A stretch of 63,726 bases of DNA, filler included, from an uncultured Acidimicrobiia bacterium (GTDB taxonomy: Bacteria; Actinomycetota; Acidimicrobiia; Spongiisociales; JAOTWH01), in the NCBI GenBank assembly GCA_964347285.1. It is 7 parts of 4 records of this genome, joined end to end, with 100 filler letters (N's around TTAATTAATTAA, not from the genome) between each part and the next. Parts side by side here need not be neighbours in the genome. Positions count along the whole stretch, not along the records: positions 1 to 20,930 come from CAYFYE010000001.1; 6 more parts are not named here. One strand, given 5' to 3'. Positions 1-10,155 of this stretch are shown here, one piece after another. The translations under genes and the position numbers were made by a program. Within the stretch, counting starts at the first letter, position 1. Each line of letters opens with the position of its first letter. The notes under the pieces were generated by a model. That model had not been told where the DNA came from, did no database searches, and saw only the letters and a program-made list of their open reading frames with translations.

Positions 1-2418
1 TCACTCGACCAGTCGCAGTGTTCCCGGGAGGTCCATACGGCGCATCCGTCGGGCGGTGAGCAGGGGGGCCAGGGCCACGGCCACGATGCCCATGACCACG
101 ACGATGCCGATCGTGGTGGCGTTGACCACGACTCGGAGGCCGAAGTCGGGAAGGGTCTCGGGCAGCAGCACCTGGGTCATCCACCACACCATGGTCAGAC
201 CGCCGGCCACTCCAAGAACGGTGGCCACGATCCCGATCACCAAGCTCTCGGTGACGGCCATGCGCAGAGCAGTGCGGACCTTCACCCCGAAAGCGAACAT
301 CGTGGCGTGCTCGCGGGCTCGAGCGTCGAGATTGATGGCGGCCGTGTTGAAGGCGATCAGCAACGCCAGCAGCAGCACCGCCACCACCATCACCTGAATG
401 ATGCCGAGCATCTGCTCGAACGCGTTGCGCACCGCCTCGGTCACCGCGGTCACCGACTGCACGGAAGCCACCGCGTCTGTATCGAACAGCTCGCGCTGCA
501 CGTCGTCGGTGGCGGCGCCCGCCGCCGGAAGGATGTTGACGGCGTTGGCAATGCCGCTCAGATTGAACAGATCGGCGTGGGCGATGTCCATGTAGACCAG
601 GCCCCGGGCTGGGTGAGGATGGATGCCCAGTACCGGCAGCTCGCTCTCGACGAACGTGTACGAGGCCAAACCTTCCCGCTGCGGGTGGCGCATGGTGACG
701 GCGTCACCGACGTCCACTCCGAGATCGGCGGCCGCCTTCTCGGCCAGCAGCACTCCTTGCCCCGGGCCCAGGGATCCGGAGGTCAGGGTGGGACTCCACA
801 TGCCCTTGCGCAGATCGGCGAGTTCGACGATCACGTCGAGGTCGTCCCGGGATGTCCGGATCGAGGCGCCCAGGCGCAGGGTCGCCTCGGCGAGGTCCAC
901 CGTCTCGGCCTCGGCAACGGCGGCCACCTCGGGGGATGCGGCCGGGCGGAACGTGTCGAGTCCCACGGAGATCCGCCGGGGAGACTCACCGGTCGCCTCA
1001 CGCTCGGCGGTGTCGACGGCGCCGAAGACCGAATCCATGATTCCCAGGAACCCCACCAGCACTGTGACGGCGGCGGCGATACCGAGGATCGTGAGTGCCG
1101 TCCGCCGCGGGGTCCGGCGTAGGTTGCGGAACGGTAGGACCGAGAACGTGTTGCCGGCCCGGCGCCGTCGGTGTTGTGCCGTGGATCTCTTTGCGGTCAG
1201 GTGGGCCGGCTTGATGGCGTCGATCGGATTCACCCGCACCGCCCGCCACACCGGGATGGCGCCCGCCAGGAACGGCATCACCAGCCCGATCACCGCCACC
1301 CGGGCGAACACGGCGGATTGGAACGAGGTGTCCCACACAGGCAGGGGGATGAACCGGGTGAAGATCGCCCCCATGGCGCTGCCGATGAGAACGCCGACGC
1401 CGACCCCGAACACTACGCCGAGGAGGGCGATCTGGGCGCCGACCAGGAGAGGCCTGACCGCCAGCAGCCGGGGCCGCACGCCCAGTGCCATCCCGATGCC
1501 GATCTCTCGACGCTGCTGCTCGGCCAGGCGATGGATCAGATTGAAGGCCGCGCCGACTGCTCCGGCGAGCAACAGCAGGGCGAGCGCATTGAACATGGCC
1601 TGGTCCTGATCGATGTCCGTGGTCAACGCGGCGTAGGAGAGGTTGTCGTCGCGGTTCGACACCGTGGCGCCTATCCCTGAGGCGGCCAGCGCGGCTTCCA
1701 GCTCGGCTTGGACGACGTCCCGGTCGACGCCGTCGGTGATCGTGAGCACCAGGTTGTTGACCAGGCCCGGCTTTCCGGCGAGCACCTGGGCGGTGGTCAG
1801 CGTCGTGAAGACGCCGGCAAAGGTGGCCTCCGTCATGAACATCTCGCCTTCGGGCGCCACGGAGAAGTATTCGGGGGTGGTGGCCTGGCCGGCGTAGGCC
1901 AGTTCTCGACCCCCGCTCACCGCAATGGTTCCGCTGTCGGCCAGCTCGTAGAACTTGGCGAAGTTGCGCTCCACCAGCACGACCGGGCGCCCGGCGTCCT
2001 CTTCCGTGAGCAGCCGGCCGGTGAAGGGGTAGTAGCCGTTGACCTCCGGTCCGCCACCGCTGAAGACCGATCCGGTGATCTCTCCCCGTACCAACACGGT
2101 CTCCGTCGCCGTGGAGGCGTCCACCTGGGTGGGCACGATGAGGCGCTCCTCGGCGGCCCGTACCCACTCCTGGTGGGGGAGGGCGTCGGCTGCGGCAGCC
2201 AGGGCACCTTGTTCGACGAAGCTGCCGGTGGCCAGATCCACCCGAAGGTCGTACATGGCCAGCCGTCCATAGCTGGCGGCGTAGGAGACGCGGCGCCATT
2301 CCGTGGTCGAGGTCAGGCCGGCGTAACCGCCGGTGCCGATGGCGATGACGAGGGCGATCGCTAGGACTTTGGCCCAGTGGGCCCGCAGGTCACGCCACGA
2401 CCAGCGAAGGAGCAGCAC
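1..2418 (-). CDS. ABC transporter permease, FtsX/MacB-like, two permease repeats
   Basis: 805 aa; two sets of TM helices with 'QRREIGIGMALG' and 'RAREHATMFAFG' FtsX-type motifs; follows an ABC ATPase. Confidence 0.88.
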   Translation of the reverse strand: MLLLRWSWRDLRAHWAKVLAIALVIAIGTGGYAGLTSTTEWRRVSYAASYGRLAMYDLRVDLATGSFVEQGALAAAADALPHQEWVRAAEERLIVPTQVDASTATETVLVRGEITGSVFSGGGPEVNGYYPFTGRLLTEEDAGRPVVLVERNFAKFYELADSGTIAVSGGRELAYAGQATTPEYFSVAPEGEMFMTEATFAGVFTTLTTAQVLAGKPGLVNNLVLTITDGVDRDVVQAELEAALAASGIGATVSNRDDNLSYAALTTDIDQDQAMFNALALLLLAGAVGAAFNLIHRLAEQQRREIGIGMALGVRPRLLAVRPLLVGAQIALLGVVFGVGVGVLIGSAMGAIFTRFIPLPVWDTSFQSAVFARVAVIGLVMPFLAGAIPVWRAVRVNPIDAIKPAHLTAKRSTAQHRRRRAGNTFSVLPFRNLRRTPRRTALTILGIAAAVTVLVGFLGIMDSVFGAVDTAEREATGESPRRISVGLDTFRPAASPEVAAVAEAETVDLAEATLRLGASIRTSRDDLDVIVELADLRKGMWSPTLTSGSLGPGQGVLLAEKAAADLGVDVGDAVTMRHPQREGLASYTFVESELPVLGIHPHPARGLVYMDIAHADLFNLSGIANAVNILPAAGAATDDVQRELFDTDAVASVQSVTAVTEAVRNAFEQMLGIIQVMVVAVLLLALLIAFNTAAINLDARAREHATMFAFGVKVRTALRMAVTESLVIGIVATVLGVAGGLTMVWWMTQVLLPETLPDFGLRVVVNATTIGIVVVMGIVAVALAPLLTARRMRRMDLPGTLRLVE

Positions 2419-2422
2419 GGCA

Positions 2423-3121
2423 TCACCAACGCAGTTCGGCGACGTCGGCCTTGCCGCCCCGGGGCGGGCCGTCGCTCACGATGCGCCCGCTCGACAGCTC
2501 GACCACCCGATCGGCCATTCGGGAGATCTCCCGGTTGTGCGTGACGGCCAGGACGGCCCGGCCGTCGGTGGCCTGAGCCTGGAGCAGCTCGAGGATCTGC
2601 ACTCCGGTCCGGAAGTCGAGCTCCCCGGTCGGCTCGTCGCAGAGCATGACCGGGTTGCCGGTAGCCAGGGCCCGGGCGATGGCCACCCGTTGCTGCTCGC
2701 CCCCGGAGAGCTCGTGGGGGAAGCGCTCCATCTTGTCCCCCAGCCCGACGCTGTCCAGGACGGCGCCCGGATCCGCTTCCGAGCCGGCAGCGTCGACCCC
2801 GAATTGGACGTTCTCGGCGGCGGTGAGGCCGGGAAACAGATTGAAGGCTTGGAAGATGAAGCTCACCGATTGCCGGCGAAATTCGAACAGCTCCCGGCGC
2901 GAGGCTCCGGTGAGATCGACACCGTTGACCCGAACCGTACCGCCGGTGGCCACATCGAGGGCGCCGACCACGTTGAGCAGCGTGGTCTTGCCGCTCCCCG
3001 ACGGGCCCAGGACGACGACGAACTCGCTGGGGCCCACCAGCAGCTCGACCTCGTCGAGAGCCGTCACCGCCAGCGGGCCGGTCCCGTAGCGCTTCGACAC
3101 GTCTTTGAGTTCGATGATCAT
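2423..3121 (-). CDS. ABC transporter ATP-binding protein (LolD/MacB-like)
   Basis: Walker A GPSGSGKT, signature LSGGEQQRV, Walker B MLCDEPTG. Confidence 0.93.
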   Translation of the reverse strand: MIIELKDVSKRYGTGPLAVTALDEVELLVGPSEFVVVLGPSGSGKTTLLNVVGALDVATGGTVRVNGVDLTGASRRELFEFRRQSVSFIFQAFNLFPGLTAAENVQFGVDAAGSEADPGAVLDSVGLGDKMERFPHELSGGEQQRVAIARALATGNPVMLCDEPTGELDFRTGVQILELLQAQATDGRAVLAVTHNREISRMADRVVELSSGRIVSDGPPRGGKADVAELRW

Positions 3122-3606
3122 CGACCGCCACTCCTGTCGGCACCGGCCGGGGCGCTCCCGGCCAGGAACCGGCGGGCCACCTCGGAGAACTCACGAGCCA
3201 GGAAGCTGTAGACCTCACACATCTCGCTGAGCCGGGCCTGTGCGGCGGGCCGATCGGCGAACCGTTCGAGGGCCCTGCGGGCCAGGTGCTCTACGGCCTC
3301 GAGCGCCTCGAGGCGGCGCCACACCAGATTGACGATCGCTCCCTCGCCGACCGTGAAGTAGTCACGCTGCTCACCCGGCATCCGAATGCGGTCGGCCAGT
3401 CCCTGGCTCACCAGCAGGCGGGTGGCGCTGCTGATCGATCCGGCCGAGGCCCCCAGAGCATGCCCCAGGTCGGCCGCCGATATCGCCGGGGCCTCGGCGA
3501 TGAGTAAGTACCCCCACACCCGGCCGGCCATGCGGGAGACACCGGCCTTTTCGAACAGCTGGCCCATGTTCTCGGCGAAGCGCAACTCGTCGCTCACGTC
3601 GGCCAT
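3118..3606 (-). CDS. GbsR/MarR-family transcriptional regulator
   Basis: 'GVSRMAGRVWGYLLI...SAADLGHALGASAGSISSATRLL...RDYF' winged-helix pattern; 4-nt overlap with the ATPase gene. Confidence 0.85.
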   Translation of the reverse strand: MADVSDELRFAENMGQLFEKAGVSRMAGRVWGYLLIAEAPAISAADLGHALGASAGSISSATRLLVSQGLADRIRMPGEQRDYFTVGEGAIVNLVWRRLEALEAVEHLARRALERFADRPAAQARLSEMCEVYSFLAREFSEVARRFLAGSAPAGADRSGGR

Positions 3607-3621
3607 GACTACCGCCAGTGA

Positions 3622-3650
3622 CTTTCAGACCTTCTTGAATTGTCTGAAAG
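3622..3650. promoter_or_regulatory. Inverted repeat, probable operator of the adjacent regulator
   Basis: CTTTCAGAC-N11-GTCTGAAAG, perfect 9-bp arms, AT-rich, 15 nt upstream of the regulator ATG. Confidence 0.6.
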
Positions 3651-3750
3651 ATGGCGACGGTCCGCCAGGGAACAAGGTCTCTTTCGGGCCGGCCTTCCGG
3701 CCGGCGCCCCTCAACTAGCCTCGGCGTCGGATCTCGACAGGAGGCAGGTC

Positions 3751-4593
3751 ATGGCCAACGTGGTGCGGGCGGCGCTCGTCCAGACCGAATGGACCGGAGA
3801 CAAGGAGTCCATGCTCAAGAAGAACATGGACTATGCCCGGGAGGCCGCCGATCAGGGGGCCAAGGTGATGTGCTTTCAGGAGCTCTTCTACTCCCCGTAC
3901 TTCTGCCAGGTGCAAGACAACGAGCACTTCGACTACGCCGAGCCGGTTCCCGACGGTCCCACCATGAAGGCCATGACGGCGCTCGCCAAAGAGACCGAGA
4001 TGGTGCTGGTGGTGCCCATGTTCGAGAAGGAGGACGACGGGTTCTACTACAACACGGCCGGGGTCATCGACGCCGACGGCACCTACCTGGGCAAGTACCG
4101 CAAGACCCACATCCCCCACGTGACCGGCTTCTGGGAGAAGTTCTACTTCCGGCCCGGCAACCTCGGCTACCCGATCTTCGACACCAATGTCGGCCGCATC
4201 GGGGTCTACATCTGCTACGACCGCCACTTCCCGGAGGGGTGGCGGGCCCTCGGCCTCAAAGGAGCCAAGATCGTCTTCAACCCTTCGGCTACCAGCCGGG
4301 GCCTGTCCATGTACCTGTGGAATCTGGAGCAGCCGGCGTCGGCGGTGGCCAACGAGTATTTCGTGGGCGCCATCAACCGGGTGGGCAAGGAGCCGTTCGG
4401 CGACAACGACTACTACGGGTCGAGCTACTTCTGCGACCCCCGGGGCCAGATCGTCGACGGTGCCGCCTCCGACACCGAGGAGGAGCTGGTGGTGCGGGAT
4501 CTGGACCTCGACATGATCGACGAGGTCCGCAAGACCTGGGCGTTCTACCGGGACCGCCGCCCGGACGCCTACGACGATCTGGTGGCTCCGTAG
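3751..4593 (+). CDS. Nitrilase-family beta-ureidopropionase (N-carbamoyl-beta-alanine amidohydrolase)
   Basis: Catalytic triad motifs FQELF, YRKTHIP, ICYDRHFPE; FWEKFYF; AGGAGG RBS before ATG 3751; near hydA. Confidence 0.85.
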   Translation: MANVVRAALVQTEWTGDKESMLKKNMDYAREAADQGAKVMCFQELFYSPYFCQVQDNEHFDYAEPVPDGPTMKAMTALAKETEMVLVVPMFEKEDDGFYYNTAGVIDADGTYLGKYRKTHIPHVTGFWEKFYFRPGNLGYPIFDTNVGRIGVYICYDRHFPEGWRALGLKGAKIVFNPSATSRGLSMYLWNLEQPASAVANEYFVGAINRVGKEPFGDNDYYGSSYFCDPRGQIVDGAASDTEEELVVRDLDLDMIDEVRKTWAFYRDRRPDAYDDLVAP

Positions 4594-4715
4594 GGTCGGA
4601 TCCGCGAACCGGACTCGGTCCAGGCGAGGGCGCGTGCATACACCCTCGACGTGATCGACCAGGTTTCCAGGACGCCGGCCCGGTCGCGCCTTGCCGGCCG
4701 CCGCGTTGCCGATGA

Positions 4716-5363
4716 TCAGCCGATCGACGCCAGGTATTCCTCGAGGAACTCCATGTGCGTCTCGCCGCTGGTGCGGTCGAACATCATGCTCGTCAAGGGT
4801 GTGGCGTTCTCGAGGAAGACCCCTCGATACATCGGGGCCACCCGGTCGGGGTGATTCTCTTCCATCCACACCCGGAACCCGTGCTCGACGTCGGTCAGTC
4901 CCTCCGGAGCCGGAAAGGTGACCACCCGCAAGACATCGTCGGTGACGGAGACCTGGAGCGTCGTCGTGGCGTCGTCGAGCCCGGCCCGGTTGTAGAACCA
5001 CGAGTCGCCGAAGCCGATCGTGCACCGCTCGTAGGTCATCGGAACCGGTTCGATGGCCTCGCTGGCGACCGTGCAGTCCCGGGCTTCGAGGTCGGCCTCG
5101 GTGGCGATCAGCCACTGGGCGTGATCGGCCCACCCGCCGGATTCCTCCAGTAGGTTGCCGACACGGTCGTAATCACCGCTGTTGACGGCTGCTACGTAGT
5201 CGTCGATGCCGGGCGTTTCGCCTCCCCAGGTCAACCAGAGAGTGACGCCGGCGGCGGCGAGAACGAGGATCAGCACCACCAATCCGAGTACCACCCCCAG
5301 CCTTCTGGGGCGCGGCCGCGCCTCGGGCGGGCGCACCTCGGTGGTGGGTCGGGTTGCCGTCAT
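4716..5363 (-). CDS. Hypothetical membrane-anchored protein
   Basis: N-terminal TM helix (LGVVLGLVVLILVLAAAGVTLW), GAGAGGGGG RBS before ATG 5363. Confidence 0.6.
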   Translation of the reverse strand: MTATRPTTEVRPPEARPRPRRLGVVLGLVVLILVLAAAGVTLWLTWGGETPGIDDYVAAVNSGDYDRVGNLLEESGGWADHAQWLIATEADLEARDCTVASEAIEPVPMTYERCTIGFGDSWFYNRAGLDDATTTLQVSVTDDVLRVVTFPAPEGLTDVEHGFRVWMEENHPDRVAPMYRGVFLENATPLTSMMFDRTSGETHMEFLEEYLASIG

Positions 5364-5464
5364 GGCAGAACCCCCTCTCGGGGCACACTGCCCCAGCAAA
5401 GCGTCGGCTACGCCGATGTCGGTGTCCAGGGTCGAAATACCCAATTGTGCGTAGCATGCCCACC

Positions 5465-5917
5465 ATGCGCTCCGACGCCGCCACCGTCGAGGAATACCTC
5501 GAAGAGCTTCCCGAAGGCCGCCGCCAGGCCATCGAAACCGTGCGCCGGGCCATCCTCGCCCACCTTCCCGAGGGGTACGAGGAGGCCGTCAATTGGGGCA
5601 TGATCAGTTACCAGGTGCCGCTCGAGAGGTATCCCCACACCTACAACGGCCGGCCCCTCCTGTACGCCGCCCTGGCTTCACAGAAGAACCACATGGCGGT
5701 CTACCTCAGCGCCGTGTACGCCGACGAAGAGGCCCGTCGGACCTTCGAGAAGGAGTACCGGGCCAGCGGCAAACCGATGGACATGGGCAAGTCGTGCGTC
5801 CGCTTCGAGAGCTTGGACGATCTGCCGCTCGATCTGATCGAGGATGCCGTTGCCTCGGTGGGGGTGGACGAATTCATCGCGCTCCAGGAAGAGGCCCGGA
5901 GCCGGCGCAGCCGCTGA
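5465..5917 (+). CDS. DUF1801 (YdhG-like) protein
   Basis: 'MRSDAATVEEYL...WGMISY...LASQKNHMAVYL...DMGKSCVRF'; TAGCAT -10 seven nt before ATG. Confidence 0.85.
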   Translation: MRSDAATVEEYLEELPEGRRQAIETVRRAILAHLPEGYEEAVNWGMISYQVPLERYPHTYNGRPLLYAALASQKNHMAVYLSAVYADEEARRTFEKEYRASGKPMDMGKSCVRFESLDDLPLDLIEDAVASVGVDEFIALQEEARSRRSR

Positions 5918-5955
5918 CTGGAACCCTGCACCGTTCCCTTGCCGTTCACTCCCAC

Positions 5956-7350
5956 ATGTCTCGTGGATTTGCCTCGTTGGCCTGCGGGCTCACCCTGGTG
6001 GCCGCCGGCTGCGGCTCACCGGGCGAAGCCGACCCGGCGCCGCCGCCGTCGCCCGGCACGACCGCCGCCGCGGAGGAGCTGGTGGGCAGCCGGGGAGAGG
6101 TCTTTCCCGAGGCGCCGGCCATTCCGGAGGGGCCCCTGGCCGCCGAGGTGGAGGCGGACCTCGATCTGATCATCGGCGACCTGCCGGCCGCCATTCCCGT
6201 CGACGCCATCGGGCGGCTGGGACGGTCGGGAGATGCGCGCCTGGGCTGGTTTCTCTCCGACCTGCTCCGCTTCGTGGGGGGAGCCACCGCTGCCCAGATC
6301 ACGGCGGCGTTCGAAGAGCTGACCGGGACCGAGATCACCGGGGTTCCGTGGCTCGACGTCACCAATCACCTCATCGCCTGGGACACCCCCGCCCCGCCCG
6401 GGTATCGGGAGCGGAAGGGCTCGGTGTTTGGGATCGTCGAGCCGAAATGGGAGCCGTTCTTCGACGACGCCGACGCCGACATCGACTGGCGCCTGGTGTC
6501 CTGGGGCGGGGTGTTCATCGATGATCGGGTCGACGCCACCACCGGCGCGCCTTGCAGCCGGGGCTGCATTCCGGCCCTCGACGATCCGGCGGTCACCGAC
6601 GCCACCGGCGGGGACTGGTATCCCGACGAGCGGGCCGTCTTTGGAGTCGTGATCGACGGCGAGGCCCGGGCCTATCCCAAGAACATCATGGAGGTCCACG
6701 AGATGGTCAACGACACTCTCGGCGGGCGACGGATCGCCCTGCCCTACTGCACGCTGTGTGGCTCGGCCCAGGTGTACTTCGCCGACAACGTCGAGGGGTT
6801 CGCTCCGGTGTTGCGGACCTCGGGATTGCTGTCTCGATCCAACAAGGTTATGTACGACATCACCACCCACTCGGTCCTCGATACGTTCACCGGCCGGGCG
6901 CTTTCGGGGCCGCTCCAGGATGCCGGAGTCGCTCTGGAGCAAGGCTCGGTGGTCACCTCCACCTGGGGGGATTGGAAGGTCGCCCATCCCGATACCACGA
7001 TCGTGGCCGAGGACGGCGGCCTGGGCCGCCGCTACCCGTTGGATCCGCTCGGCGGGCGGGACGATGACGGACCCATCTTCCCGGTGGGCGACGTCGACCC
7101 GCGTTTGCCCGTGCAGGAGCTGGTCTTGGGGGTGATCGCACCCGACGAAACTCCGGTGGCGTTTCCGGTGGGCGCAGCCCTGCTGGCCTTACAGGCCGGC
7201 GAGGACGTCGAGCTGGCCGGGGTGCGCGTCGAGCTCGACGGTGGGGGGTTGCGGGCCTTCATCGACGGCACCGACGCCGCCGGCCACGAGGCGTTCTGGT
7301 TCGCATGGAGCCAGTTTCAGCCCGGGACGCTGGTGTGGGAGCGGGGTTAG
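5956..7350 (+). CDS. DUF3179-domain lipoprotein
   Basis: Lipobox LVAAGC; 'CIPALDDP', 'ARAYP..MEVHEMVND', 'YCTLCGS', 'FWFAWSQF' motifs. Confidence 0.8.
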   Translation: MSRGFASLACGLTLVAAGCGSPGEADPAPPPSPGTTAAAEELVGSRGEVFPEAPAIPEGPLAAEVEADLDLIIGDLPAAIPVDAIGRLGRSGDARLGWFLSDLLRFVGGATAAQITAAFEELTGTEITGVPWLDVTNHLIAWDTPAPPGYRERKGSVFGIVEPKWEPFFDDADADIDWRLVSWGGVFIDDRVDATTGAPCSRGCIPALDDPAVTDATGGDWYPDERAVFGVVIDGEARAYPKNIMEVHEMVNDTLGGRRIALPYCTLCGSAQVYFADNVEGFAPVLRTSGLLSRSNKVMYDITTHSVLDTFTGRALSGPLQDAGVALEQGSVVTSTWGDWKVAHPDTTIVAEDGGLGRRYPLDPLGGRDDDGPIFPVGDVDPRLPVQELVLGVIAPDETPVAFPVGAALLALQAGEDVELAGVRVELDGGGLRAFIDGTDAAGHEAFWFAWSQFQPGTLVWERG

Positions 7351-7386
7351 GAGGAGACCGCGGCCCGGATTCCTTGGGGCCGCTCG

Positions 7387-8634
7387 CTAATCGGGCACCC
7401 CGGGCACTTCGACATCGACGGCCAGGATGCGCTGGCGGCGGGCCCGGGCGATGCGGAACCGGAGGCCGTCGAAAGTCACCTCGTCTCCCTCCTCGAGAAC
7501 GCGACCGGCCCGGCCCATCAGCAGTCCGGCCACGGTGCTCCAATCGCCGCGGGGCAGGGGGGATTCCAAGATCGACTCGGCATCGTCGATGGTGAGACGT
7601 CCGTCGAGGAGCCATCGTCCCGCCCCGATCTTCCGAGCCGGCCGGGTCGGCCGGGACCCTTCGTCACCGATGGCGCCCAGCAGCTCCTCGGCAATGTCCT
7701 CGATGGTTGCCAGCCCGGCCGTACCGCCGTGTTCGTCGACGACGATGGCGACGTGGGTGGCGGCATTCTGCATTTCGGCCAGCAGCTCCACGATCCGCTT
7801 GCTCTCCGGGACGAAGAGGGGGGGCCGCAGGTGGGACCGAACCGGTCCGCCCGGGTCGGTCGTTGCTGCGGCGGCCAGCGTGCGCAGATGAACGACGCCC
7901 TCGACCTCATCGATGGTGTCCCGGCACACCGGGAGCCGGCGGTGACCGGCCCGCACTGCGGTGTCGAGGGCCTCGGCAACGGTCGCCCCCAGGGGCACCG
8001 ACACGATGTCGAGCCGGGGGACCATCACCTCCTCGACCGTACGGTCCCCAAAGGTGAAGGTTCGCTCGATGAGCACGGCATCGTCGGAGGTGATGGTGCC
8101 TTCGGCGGCGGCAGTAGCCGACAGTCGGATCAGCTCGGGTTCGGTGATCGTCGGGGCGGTCGCCACACCGCGCCCCGGCGCCTGCAGGTCGGCAAACCAG
8201 ACGAGCGCCCCGACCACGGGCCTCAGCAGCCGCTCGAGCGCGGCGGTCGGTGTTGCCAGGGCCAGCGCCACCCGGGTCGGATGGCGCACCGCGAAGGTCT
8301 TGGGGATCGCCTCGCTGTACACGAACAGGGCCAGGGTGAGCAGGATGGAGATGAGCGTGACCCCAAGGCCCGAGAGATGCCGGGCGGCCAGCACTCCGGC
8401 GGTGGTGGCGGCACCGATCTGGACGCCGAGAGCCGCCAGCAGGATGGCGTTGAGCACCCGGACCGGGTCTTCAAGCAGGCGGGCCAGGCGGCGGGCCCGC
8501 CGGCTGCCGCGCTCGGCCAGCTCGGCGATCCGGACCCGGGACACCCGGATCAGGGCGGTCTCGGCCGCCGCCAGGAATATGGCGGCCACGAAGGCGAGTC
8601 CGAGCAGGATCGGCAGAAGAACGTCGACATTCAT
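7387..8634 (-). CDS. HlyC/CorC (CNNM-CBS-CorC) hemolysin-family membrane protein
   Basis: 'AAAETAL', 'SEAIPK', CBS pair 'VMVPR', 'VVDEHGGTAGLATIEDI', C-terminal CorC domain. Confidence 0.9.
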   Translation of the reverse strand: MNVDVLLPILLGLAFVAAIFLAAAETALIRVSRVRIAELAERGSRRARRLARLLEDPVRVLNAILLAALGVQIGAATTAGVLAARHLSGLGVTLISILLTLALFVYSEAIPKTFAVRHPTRVALALATPTAALERLLRPVVGALVWFADLQAPGRGVATAPTITEPELIRLSATAAAEGTITSDDAVLIERTFTFGDRTVEEVMVPRLDIVSVPLGATVAEALDTAVRAGHRRLPVCRDTIDEVEGVVHLRTLAAAATTDPGGPVRSHLRPPLFVPESKRIVELLAEMQNAATHVAIVVDEHGGTAGLATIEDIAEELLGAIGDEGSRPTRPARKIGAGRWLLDGRLTIDDAESILESPLPRGDWSTVAGLLMGRAGRVLEEGDEVTFDGLRFRIARARRQRILAVDVEVPGVPD

Positions 8635-8722
8635 TGAATCGTCCCACCGTCAATGTACCGGGGCGGTGAGCGGCGTGTTCCTCGACTAGCTTCACTGGAG
8701 AAGTCCCCGAGGAGGAATGGTC

Positions 8723-10024
8723 ATGGGCAAGCACGCCGAGCTCCTCGCTCGTCATCAGGAGGTGCTGCCTTCCTGGCTGGCGCTCTACTACAAGGAGCCC
8801 ATCGCATTGGTGCGGGGCGACGGCCGCCGGGTGTGGGACGCCGAGGGAAAGCAATACCTCGACTTCTTCGGGGGCATCCTGACCACCATGACCGGGTACA
8901 ACATCCCCGAGCTGACTCGGGCCATTCAGCAGCAGGCGGAGAAGATCCTCCACAGCTCGACCCTGTACCTGATCGAGAGCCAGATCGAGCTGGCGGAGAA
9001 GCTGGCCGAGCTGTCGGGGATCCCTGATGCCAAGGTGTTCTTCACCAACTCGGGGACCGAGGCCAACGACGCCGCCATGTTGCTGGCCACCGTCTATCGG
9101 AGCTCCAACCAGGTCCTGGCCGTGCGGGGCAGCTACCACGGCCGCTCGTTTGCCGCGGTGTCGCTGACCGGACAGCGCAGCTGGTCACCGACCAGCCTCA
9201 GCCCGCTGATCGTGACCTACATCCACGGCGGCTACAAGTACCGCAGCCCCTTCGGGCATCTCGCCGACGACGAGTTCATCGCCGCCTGCACCCAGGATCT
9301 GCGCGACATGCTGGATATCGCCACCTCGGGCGACGTCGCCGCCATGATTGCCGAGCCCATCCAGGGCGTGGGCGGATTCGCCACTCCTCCGGACGGTTTC
9401 TTCGGGGCCTTCAAGGAGGTCCTCGATGACTACGGGATCCTGTTCATCTCCGACGAGGTGCAAACCGGATGGGGACGAACCGGGGAGAACTTCTGGGGCT
9501 ACCAGGCCCACGATGTGATCCCCGACATGATCACGTTCGCCAAGGGTGCCGGAAACGGACTGGCCCTGGGCGGGGTGATCGCCCGGGCCGAGGTCATGGA
9601 TTGCATCCAGGCCAACTCGATTTCCACTTTCGGCGGCAACCCGCTCGTCACGGCCGGAGCGCTGGCCAACATCAACTACGTGCTCGAAAACGACCTACAG
9701 ACCAACGCCTTCAAGGTGGGTAGCCAGCTGCGGACCGGCCTCGACCGCATCTCCGACGAAAGCGAGATCGTGGGAGAGGTACGCGGCAAGGGCCTCATGA
9801 TCGGTGTGGAGCTGGTGGCTCCGGGCAGCAGGGAGGCGAGCGCCACCGCGGCCGGGGCGGTGATGGAAGCGGCGCGAGATCGAGGTCTGCTGGTGGGCAA
9901 GGGGGGCCTCTACGGCAATGTGCTGAGAATTGCTCCACCGCTGACCGTCACCGAGGAGGAGGCCGACGAGGGCCTGACCATCCTGAGCGAGGCGATCGGG
10001 GAAGCCGAGGCCGACCTGAAATAG
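8723..10024 (+). CDS. Class-III PLP aminotransferase, probable beta-alanine transaminase
   Basis: 'FISDEVQTGWGRTG', PLP lysine in 'MITFAKG', 'STFGGNP'; context of pyrimidine catabolism genes; GGAGG RBS. Confidence 0.85.
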   Translation: MGKHAELLARHQEVLPSWLALYYKEPIALVRGDGRRVWDAEGKQYLDFFGGILTTMTGYNIPELTRAIQQQAEKILHSSTLYLIESQIELAEKLAELSGIPDAKVFFTNSGTEANDAAMLLATVYRSSNQVLAVRGSYHGRSFAAVSLTGQRSWSPTSLSPLIVTYIHGGYKYRSPFGHLADDEFIAACTQDLRDMLDIATSGDVAAMIAEPIQGVGGFATPPDGFFGAFKEVLDDYGILFISDEVQTGWGRTGENFWGYQAHDVIPDMITFAKGAGNGLALGGVIARAEVMDCIQANSISTFGGNPLVTAGALANINYVLENDLQTNAFKVGSQLRTGLDRISDESEIVGEVRGKGLMIGVELVAPGSREASATAAGAVMEAARDRGLLVGKGGLYGNVLRIAPPLTVTEEEADEGLTILSEAIGEAEADLK

Positions 10025-10155
10025 CCCCGGCCACCAGGCGGAACTGGGGTGGGAACGGACCAATCCGGCCCCCATCGCCGCCCACCCCACTCGACTAGCG
10101 TTGGCGATCTGAGCTGTCACGAAGTGCTGCAGCAAGGGGCCCAAGGAGGAGAGGC

